DNA of 32,000 nt, from positions 90,001-122,000 of the forward strand of contig NC_014735.1 of assembly GCF_000172995.2 (NCBI RefSeq), given 5' to 3'. The notes beneath the pieces are model-generated. The model had not been told where the DNA came from and did no database searches. It worked only from the letters and a program-made list of their open reading frames with translations. A program made the position numbers and the translations under genes. Positions 1 to 6,714 of the stretch are shown here, piece after piece. The number at the start of each line of letters is the position of its first letter. Position 1 is the stretch's first letter. The DNA comes from Halogeometricum borinquense DSM 11551 (GTDB taxonomy: Archaea; Halobacteriota; Halobacteria; Halobacteriales; Haloferacaceae).

Positions 1-2890
1 CATCGAACAGAATGCTCCCGATAGCTTTCGAGAGGGCGTAATGCTCGTCGTGGTAGCCGAAACTCCCCGCCATTCCACAGCAAGTCGTGTCCAACGGATC
101 GACATCGTACCCGACGCGACGCAACACACCGACCGCGTGGTGGTCCTTGTTGGTCCCCTTCTGATTGCAGTGGCCGTGATAGCTGAGTGTTCCGGCCGCG
201 CCGAGCGAGCGGTCATCGACCGGAAGCGACTCGTCGAGTCGGAGCACGTCGAGGTACTCCAAGACACCGTAGGAACTCCCTGCGACCTGTTCGACGCGTT
301 GTCCGTCGAGCAAGTTGCAGTATTCATCTTGGAACATCACGGCGTCGGAGGGTTCAACGAATACGATGTCCCACCCGTCTTCGACTTGGCCGACCAACCG
401 GTCGGTGTTGGACTGCGCTCGTTCTTTAGCGCGATCCAACATTCCCGTCGAGTAGGCAGCGCGACCTGAGGGTGCCGTATCGTCCGGGATACTGACGTGA
501 ACGTCCGCAGCCTCCAGAACTGTGACCGCCGCCTTACCAGCCGCCGGATACGAGTAGTTCGTATACGTGTCCGGAAACAGCACGACCCGAGCGTTGGCGT
601 CGGTGCGTTCGACAGTTGACCCACCGCGGCTCTCGAACCAGTCTCGAAGCGTTTCCCGGCGGAAGGGTGGGAGTTCGCGTTCGGGAGCGATACCGAGCGC
701 TTTCTGCATGGCCGTCCGCACCCCCGGAAGCTTCGTGGCCCAATTCGAAAGTGGGGCGAGCATCGATCCGACTTTGGAGGCGGTGTCGATGTTGGCGAAT
801 AGGCGTTCACGGAGTCCGATGCCCCTCGCTTGATGGTGCTGGTGTTTCACCTCAGCTTTCAACTTGGCCATATCGACGCCCGTTGGACAGTCGCTTTTAC
901 ATCCCTTACAGCCGATGCAGAGATCCAGTACCTCCTCTTGGAAGCGTTCTGAGTGTATTTCATCGGGACGAAGGTCGCCGCTGATCGCGGATCGAAGGAG
1001 ATTCGCACGTCCGCGAGTCGTCTGTACTTCCTCGCGCGAGGCGCGGTAGGTCGGACACATCACCTCCTGTCCGGTCTGACGGCAGGTTCCACACCCGTTA
1101 CAGAGTTCGACTAGCTGTGAGAAGCCGCCTTCGTCCGTGAAATCGAGCGTCGTCTGCGGCTCTATCGACTGGTACTGCGCACCGTACCGAAGATGTTCGC
1201 GCATGTCCGCACCGACACCGCGGTCGGAGTCCGGACCGATATCGTCCGCCCCCGAGCGATAGACGACGTTGCCGGGGTGCATCCACCACTCGGGATCGAA
1301 CGCCGTCTTCACCCGCTTGAACGCATCCCAGAGCGTCTCACCGTACATCTTCGGATTAAATTCCGTCCGGGCCATCCCGTCGCCGTGTTCGCCCGAGAAC
1401 GAGCCGTGATGTTCGAGGACGAGATCCGTCACGTCGTCGGTGATAGAGTGCATATCCTCAACACCAGACTCGGACTTGAGATTGAGAATCGGTCGGATGT
1501 GGAGCGTCCCCGACCCCGCGTGAGCGAAGTACGCGGCCGACGTGTCGTGGTCGTCTAAAACCGCCTCGAACTTCTGAACGTACGCGGCGAGTTCCGCAGG
1601 TGGGACGGTCGCATCCTCGATGAACGGATAGGGCTTCGCGTCGCCCTCAAGCGACATCAAAAGCGGAATAGCGGCCTTGCGAAGTTTCCAGATGTCGGCT
1701 TGGTCCGCGTCGGTGTAGGCTTCGACGACTTCGAACGCCGCGCCGTCGTGGATGAATCGCTCGGTCGTCGCGTCGATTGCCGCCTCGAAGTCATCGTGGA
1801 GTTCCGAATCGAACTCCAACAGTAGGGCCGCGTCCGTGCCCTCCGGGATGGGTTCGACGTACTCGGCGTACCCGTCGGAGTTGGCCGCAAGCCGAAACAC
1901 CTCGTCGTCCATCAACTCGACGGCACTCACATCGTACTCCAGTGCAACCGGAACTGCCTCCATCGCCGTCACGAGGTCGTCAAAGCAGTACAAGGCCAGT
2001 GCCGTTTCCTCGGGTACCGTGACGAGCGAAAGTTCCGCCTCGACGATAACGCCGAGCGTGCCCTCGCTTCCGACAAATAGCGTTGCGAGATTCATCACTC
2101 GCTCGCCGGCGTCGTTCTCGTACACCACTCGGTCGAGATTGTACCCCGAGACGCGGCGTTTGAGGTCGGGGTAGCGCGCTTCAATCTCGTCTGCGTTGTC
2201 TTCGACCACTGCGCGGACGGTTCGATAGATGTCGGCCTCGCGGTCGTCCTTCGAGACGATGTCGTTCCACTCCGAGGAGTCGATAACGACTTCGCGCGCC
2301 TGCAAAAGCGACCCATCCGAGAGGACGGCCGTCACGGTTTCCGTGTATGCGTCCGTGATACCGTATCTGACCGAGTGAGCGCCCGTCGAGTTGTTTCCGA
2401 TACCGCCGCCGACGGTCGCGCGGTTCGATGATGCCGGATCGGGAGCAAACTTCAGGCCGTACTCCGACAGTGCCGCGTCCAGGTCGTCCTGCACGACGCC
2501 CGGTTGGATACGGACTCGCTTCTCGTCCGGGCGGATTTCGAGGATATCATCCATGTGCCGGGAGACATCGAGAACGACACAACCCGGTCCGACGGTCTGC
2601 CCCGCCAGCGACGAACCAGTCCCGCGCGGGAGAATCGGCACTTCATGACTCGTCGCCACCTCGACGGCCGCCTGCACGTCGGACGTATCGGTGGGAAAGA
2701 CGACACCTGCAGGCTTGGCGCGATAGATACTGCCGTCGGTGGAGTAGAGAATCTGGGCGTACTCGTCAAACTCGACACCGCCTTCGACTCGCGCGCGAAG
2801 ATCTCTCGCTAAATCACGGTATTTCACCGCGTCCGGTCGGTCGTGTCCGAGTTCGCGTGCCGACCAAGCATCGCGGTCTTCGATCGCCAT
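1..2890 (-). CDS. FAD-binding (PCMH-type) oxidase fused to 4Fe-4S and CCG cysteine-rich domains (GlcD+GlcF-like glycolate oxidase / D-lactate dehydrogenase type); the 3' end runs off the window
   Basis: My own minus-strand translation from the ATG at 2890-2888 gives MAIEDRDAWSARELGHDRPDAVKY... and stays open to position 2 (over 960 codons). The track lists no minus-strand ORF in this frame, consistent with one uninterrupted frame that has no stop inside the window. Motifs read directly: VPILPRGTGSSLAGQTVGPG (FAD_binding_4-like), CNGCGTCRQTGQEVMCP and CIGCKGCKSDCP (two ferredoxin-type clusters), and TTCCGMAGSFGY (CCG domain) near position 60. Confidence 0.85.
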   Translation of the reverse strand, partial: MAIEDRDAWSARELGHDRPDAVKYRDLARDLRARVEGGVEFDEYAQILYSTDGSIYRAKPAGVVFPTDTSDVQAAVEVATSHEVPILPRGTGSSLAGQTVGPGCVVLDVSRHMDDILEIRPDEKRVRIQPGVVQDDLDAALSEYGLKFAPDPASSNRATVGGGIGNNSTGAHSVRYGITDAYTETVTAVLSDGSLLQAREVVIDSSEWNDIVSKDDREADIYRTVRAVVEDNADEIEARYPDLKRRVSGYNLDRVVYENDAGERVMNLATLFVGSEGTLGVIVEAELSLVTVPEETALALYCFDDLVTAMEAVPVALEYDVSAVELMDDEVFRLAANSDGYAEYVEPIPEGTDAALLLEFDSELHDDFEAAIDATTERFIHDGAAFEVVEAYTDADQADIWKLRKAAIPLLMSLEGDAKPYPFIEDATVPPAELAAYVQKFEAVLDDHDTSAAYFAHAGSGTLHIRPILNLKSESGVEDMHSITDDVTDLVLEHHGSFSGEHGDGMARTEFNPKMYGETLWDAFKRVKTAFDPEWWMHPGNVVYRSGADDIGPDSDRGVGADMREHLRYGAQYQSIEPQTTLDFTDEGGFSQLVELCNGCGTCRQTGQEVMCPTYRASREEVQTTRGRANLLRSAISGDLRPDEIHSERFQEEVLDLCIGCKGCKSDCPTGVDMAKLKAEVKHQHHQARGIGLRERLFANIDTASKVGSMLAPLSNWATKLPGVRTAMQKALGIAPERELPPFRRETLRDWFESRGGSTVERTDANARVVLFPDTYTNYSYPAAGKAAVTVLEAADVHVSIPDDTAPSGRAAYSTGMLDRAKERAQSNTDRLVGQVEDGWDIVFVEPSDAVMFQDEYCNLLDGQRVEQVAGSSYGVLEYLDVLRLDESLPVDDRSLGAAGTLSYHGHCNQKGTNKDHHAVGVLRRVGYDVDPLDTTCCGMAGSFGYHDEHYALSKAIGSILFD

Positions 2891-2910
2891 GACAAAATTC
2901 ATCATCGACA

Positions 2911-2920
2911 ATAGTTAAAA
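2911..2920 (-). promoter_or_regulatory. TATA-like box (coding-strand TTTTAACTAT) for the oxidase gene; the spacing implies a leaderless transcript
   Basis: The plus strand reads atagttaaaa at 2911-2920, which is 21-30 nt upstream of the ATG at 2890. Haloarchaeal TATA boxes sit about 26-28 nt upstream of the transcription start. Confidence 0.45.
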
Positions 2921-2991
2921 CCTGTGTCGATTGGTGGCAATGAACGCGAGTATCCCGCAGCTATATGAGTCGAGCTGCCACATCAGCCAGT

Positions 2992-3369
2992 ATGCCAAGC
3001 GCGACGATACTGCACACGTGTTTGAACGTGGCCGATGCGGCGGAGGCAATCGAGTTCTACAAACAGTTCGGTTTCACCGAATCGTGGCAGTTTACGACAC
3101 CGGACGGAAGGACGACGAACTACTACGTGAGCGACGGCGACGGTGTCGAACTCCAACTTTCCGAGACTGACGGCGAGACCGACTTCGAGATGGGGACGGG
3201 GTGGGATCACCTCGCACTCGGCGTCGAAGACGTGGATCAAACGGTTGAGCGAATCAATCATTACGGCGTCGAGAAGGAACCGGGACCACAACCCGAAGCC
3301 GAGGCGTACACTGCCTTCATCAGAGATCCCGACGGACACGTGGTCGAACTCATCGAGCCGTTAGACTGA
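2992..3369 (+). CDS. VOC / glyoxalase-bleomycin resistance-dioxygenase superfamily protein (125 aa; the track ORF starts at 2965)
   Basis: The sequence reads MPSATILHTCLNVADAAEAIEFYKQFGFTE...WDHLALGVEDVDQTVERI...AFIRDPDGHVVELIE, a typical paired beta-alpha-beta-beta-beta VOC pattern with H and E metal ligands. A TATA-like ctatat at 2961-2966 lies 28 nt upstream of the ATG at 2992 and overlaps the upstream ATG at 2965, so I prefer 2992 as the start. Confidence 0.8.
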   Translation: MPSATILHTCLNVADAAEAIEFYKQFGFTESWQFTTPDGRTTNYYVSDGDGVELQLSETDGETDFEMGTGWDHLALGVEDVDQTVERINHYGVEKEPGPQPEAEAYTAFIRDPDGHVVELIEPLD

Positions 3370-3381
3370 GACGCCGCTGAG

Positions 3382-3397
3382 CTAAAGGAAATAAAAG
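3382..3397 (-). terminator. Oligo-T tracts (minus-strand CTTTTATTTCCTTT) downstream of aceB
   Basis: The plus strand reads ctaaaggaaataaaag, 22-37 nt beyond the aceB stop at 3419-3421. Archaeal terminators are typically T-runs. Confidence 0.35.
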
Positions 3398-3418
3398 TTG
3401 ATACGCGCCGATTCGACG

Positions 3419-4723
3419 TCAGTTGCCGACGTTCGTAGCGCGCTCGACGATGTCAGCGCCGTACATCTCCGCTAACTCCTCGTGCTGGTCCGGTCGGTGT
3501 TCGTAGACGTCTTGGAACAGCGTGATCGGCGTCTGTGCGGCCTGATAGGTCGCTTCGTCCCACATCCGGTCTTTCTCGATGTCGATTTCGACGCCGTCGA
3601 TGACAAGCGTCGTAGACTGGGTCATGGCGATAGCGCCTTTGCCGGCCTCCTTTGCGGCCTCGAACTCCTCCATCGAATCCACGATGTCGTCCATGCTGGG
3701 GACGTACGCGGTCATATCCAGCAGTTTCTTCCGGAGGTCGTCCTCGTCTAGCTCCGTCGTCTCGCCGCCTGTGTGCAGCACGTAACCACTGTCAGTCGTT
3801 TCGAGTCGGACTTTATCGCCGTTGTAGATCTGCTTGCCGTCGGCCGCCTCAAGTTCTATCTCGCGGTCGTCAACTTCTAGCAACCAACTGCCGGTCTTGG
3901 GCGGGAGCGGCGATTTGTTCGCTTCAACGACCTGCCCGGGCGTCAGCGACCAGATGCCGATCATCCCTTTCGCTTGGTTCTCGGTCATTCGCTCGTTGTA
4001 CCCGTCCACGTCGCGGATGTCGTCGTAGGGACCGTCAACCGCGACGAGTCCGGCGGCGCTGGCACCACGAGACGTGTTGTGACGGAGTTCCGGCCATTCG
4101 GGGAGTTCGCCGGTCGGGGTCATCGCTCGCATGTCCTTCGTGTAATCGACTTCGCCATCAACGAGCAGGAACAGTCGTTCGAGATTGTTAGCGGGCTTAC
4201 CCATCTCCGTACGGAGGTCGCCGAGAGCCAACTCGGCCGCCCCGCTCTCGACAATCACGGACATCGAGAGACTTCCTTCCTCGAGACCGTGCTCGTTTTC
4301 CACGATGGTGATGAACTCGTCGGCCTTCTTCCAGTCGTCGATATCACCGACTTCGGGAACGACGAAGCCGTCGATATGCTCTATGGCACCGTTAGCCGGA
4401 TCCGCAATCTCAAGCATGTGCTGGAACCCCTGATACCGGGTCGCGGGATCATCGCGGTGCCACACAATTCGTGGGTGAATCTCACCAGGGAAGTCGGCCC
4501 CGTATTCTGAGACGACTTCGACAATGTTCTCGACACCCTCGTCGCGCATCGATGGTGCCGTCGCGTCCTCGTTGTCGGGAACCCAGACATCCGGAGCCTG
4601 CATTCCAGTGAGTTGGGCCGCACTCCGCAGCATCTTCGCGGAGTCGTCTTCACCTTCGACTGCTGTCGGAGAGGTGAAAAACGTGCGCACAAACTCCCGT
4701 TCGTAATGCCGTTTGATGCTCAT
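3419..4723 (-). CDS. aceB: Malate synthase, haloarchaeal type (MSH, HpcH/HpaI-CitE-like fold), 434 aa
   Basis: The N-terminus ...REFVRTFFTSPTAVEGEDDSAKMLRSAAQLTGMQAPDVWVPDNEDATAPSMRDEG... matches my memory of the characterised ~433-aa Haloferax volcanii malate synthase. The size and the acidic composition also fit. Confidence 0.9.
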   Translation of the reverse strand: MSIKRHYEREFVRTFFTSPTAVEGEDDSAKMLRSAAQLTGMQAPDVWVPDNEDATAPSMRDEGVENIVEVVSEYGADFPGEIHPRIVWHRDDPATRYQGFQHMLEIADPANGAIEHIDGFVVPEVGDIDDWKKADEFITIVENEHGLEEGSLSMSVIVESGAAELALGDLRTEMGKPANNLERLFLLVDGEVDYTKDMRAMTPTGELPEWPELRHNTSRGASAAGLVAVDGPYDDIRDVDGYNERMTENQAKGMIGIWSLTPGQVVEANKSPLPPKTGSWLLEVDDREIELEAADGKQIYNGDKVRLETTDSGYVLHTGGETTELDEDDLRKKLLDMTAYVPSMDDIVDSMEEFEAAKEAGKGAIAMTQSTTLVIDGVEIDIEKDRMWDEATYQAAQTPITLFQDVYEHRPDQHEELAEMYGADIVERATNVGN

Positions 4724-4750
4724 ATGACGTATGAACCGAGTTCCTCATAG

Positions 4751-4760
4751 ATAGTTAAAT
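4751..4760 (-). promoter_or_regulatory. TATA-like box (coding-strand ATTTAACTAT) upstream of aceB
   Basis: The plus strand reads atagttaaat at 4751-4760, 28-37 nt upstream of the aceB ATG at 4723. It shares the 9-mer atagttaaa with the box at 2911-2919. Confidence 0.4.
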
Positions 4761-5156
4761 GAACGCATTGTGGCAAAATGTTCATTAATATCATACAGGT
4801 TCGTCCACCCGCATCAGATGGATAAACGAGAGGCGGTATATTCCCAGAATTCGTTCGCATATACGAAACGCGGTTTGTCGTATGCGTGCGTGCTGTTGAA
4901 TATAATCCGAGAATAGAATTTGTGAGATTCTATATTTCCCAGCAGTAATTCGTGCAATCGGATATAAATCTGACATCGATTACCAAATCTGATAGCTTTA
5001 GTTTCAGCTTCTCAGAACAGTAAATCGATTTGAGTGATTTCCTTATTCCGAATGAAAGCGTCGCTGCATACTCACCAGAGAGCCATGTTTTAACCGTTCA
5101 TCAGCAGTAAGAAGCCGGATAGCGGCCGGAAGAGTGTATCTACGGGGTGACGACAA

Positions 5157-5164
5157 TTTTTATC
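5157..5164 (+). promoter_or_regulatory. TATA-like box TTTTTATC for the IclR-family gene
   Basis: The centre lies about 29 nt upstream of the ATG at 5190. The same octamer precedes the Nramp-like gene at 13495-13502. Confidence 0.45.
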
Positions 5165-5189
5165 CGCTAGAGTACGCTACGGTTTGCTA

Positions 5190-5954
5190 ATGAAAAACGC
5201 AAAAACGGATTCGGTTCGGGCGACGGAAACGTCGCTGGCGGTTCTCTCGGGCATCGAAACCCTTGGTGGGGGTGCGACGCTGGCAGAGCTTACAGACGAA
5301 CTCGAGTTCGCCAAGAGTACAATATACAAACACCTCAACACGCTCGAAAAAGGAGGACTCGTCGTCATGCGCGACAACGAGTACCTCATCGGATTGCGGT
5401 GTCTGGAGCTGGGCGGCATCGCACAACGGTACGACGGTATCTACGAAGTCGCAAAACCCGAGGTGCGTCGGATGGCGGTCGAAACCGGCGAACTGGCGAA
5501 CCTGATGATCGAAGAACACGGCTACGGAATCTACATTCACACCACCAGTGGCGACCAAGCGGTCAATCTGGACACGAGTCTCGGAAAGCGCGTTCACCTC
5601 CACCAGACCGCAATCGGCAAGGCATTACTGTCGAGTTTTTCAGACGAACGGGTCGAGGAAATTCTCGATAGACATGGCCTCCCCGGTGAGACGGACAACA
5701 CGATCACCGACCGCGAGGCGTTGTTCGAGGAATTAGAGACGATTCGAGCGGAGGGTATCGCGTACGACAAAGAAGAACGAGTGAATGGAACAGGATGCGT
5801 CGGCGTACCCGTCGAGACGGGTGACCGGCGAGAAGCCGCCATCAGCATCACCGCCCCTATCAATCGGATGGCCGCACCCGAACGAGAGAGCGAGATCATC
5901 GACACAGTGAAGCAGGCAGCTAACGTCATCGAAGTGAATCTTGCCCACAAGTAG
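5190..5954 (+). CDS. IclR-family transcriptional regulator (254 aa; the track ORF starts at the TTG at 5184)
   Basis: The N-terminal wHTH reads ATLAELTDELEFAKSTIYKHLNTLEKGGLV. The C-terminal effector domain contains ...HLHQTAIGKALLS...AEGIAYDKEERVNGTGCVGVPV...AAISITAP, a typical IclR architecture. Confidence 0.88.
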   Translation: MKNAKTDSVRATETSLAVLSGIETLGGGATLAELTDELEFAKSTIYKHLNTLEKGGLVVMRDNEYLIGLRCLELGGIAQRYDGIYEVAKPEVRRMAVETGELANLMIEEHGYGIYIHTTSGDQAVNLDTSLGKRVHLHQTAIGKALLSSFSDERVEEILDRHGLPGETDNTITDREALFEELETIRAEGIAYDKEERVNGTGCVGVPVETGDRREAAISITAPINRMAAPERESEIIDTVKQAANVIEVNLAHK

Positions 5955-6714
5955 CGATTTCCAACCCGCTTGGTACCATACCTTGACAACAGTAACTATG
6001 TAATGCCACCGGTATTAGTTAGGAGATGCAGTGAGTAGTGCTACAACCCAATGGCCGGAACACGACTGTCCCAGTCCGAATAGTGGCCGGAACGAACCAT
6101 CGAACTGAGTAGAACCGAGACGAAGCCGACGACCGACAATTAATACTCAGTTAAGAGAAAATCCACGTTGATTGTAGGTCCAACTATCAATATTTCCACG
6201 AGTGTATGGAATAACTATTCCCCCGACATCAGTAAAACGATGTAGCAAGGAACTCATCGGCGAATTTTAGCGGAAAGAAACGAATAGAGCGAGAATCCAT
6301 CTATGATCGACAGTATATTGGAATTCAAATGAAAATATTCGATTTGTTTAGAGTGCGCCAAATAATCCAGCTACGCGACTTATACAAGTACAACGGAGAA
6401 GATCAAAAATTGGTAGTACCTCGGCGATAGAACCTATTCGATAGAATTAATTGTAATACCTCGGGATTCAGTTCTGAGATCAGTCTCGGTCAAAATAACG
6501 GTTCGAACTCCGGGTATATTCTGTTATTCTGACCATTCGTTACGACAGTGAAGAAGAATAATGCTGTTTACACTAGTGAGCGCGCATCTAAACTGTCATT
6601 CAGTTACACAAACTACTTAACATAGTCGTCACGTGTGTTACATGCTTCCCTCCAATCGGCAGCGGTACACTCGTCTCTAGCCGAACGGACCCGCTGCCGA
6701 CCCCATAACAGACA

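Noticed and set aside
4791-4976. A 61-aa ORF on the minus strand in the aceB-IclR spacer.
   Set aside because: It has a basic, Ile/Arg-rich composition and AT-rich codons unlike the local proteome. I recognise no motif in it.
6329-6430. A 33-codon ORF (MKIFDLFRVRQIIQLRDLYKYNGEDQKLVVPRR) in the 760-bp spacer.
   Set aside because: It is basic, has AT-rich codon usage unlike every confident gene here, and has no promoter spacing or motif support. It cannot be excluded without expression data.
6500-6511. GGTTCGAACTCC, resembling a tRNA T-loop, seen inside the AT-rich spacer and considered as a possible tRNA gene or tRNA-fragment attachment site.
   Set aside because: The flanking bases do not form a T-stem. 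I could find no acceptor stem or anticodon arm, and there is no integrase or direct-repeat partner nearby.
5955-6714. Short direct repeats in the AT-rich spacers, such as TGGCCGGAAC twice near 6051-6093, TACCTCGG at 6417 and 6457, and CGATAGAA twice near 6424-6448. I considered them as MITE, CRISPR-like or iteron structures.
   Set aside because: Matches of 8-10 nt at this density are about what chance predicts in 760 bp. There is no regular spacing, no more than two copies of any unit, and no terminal inverted repeats.
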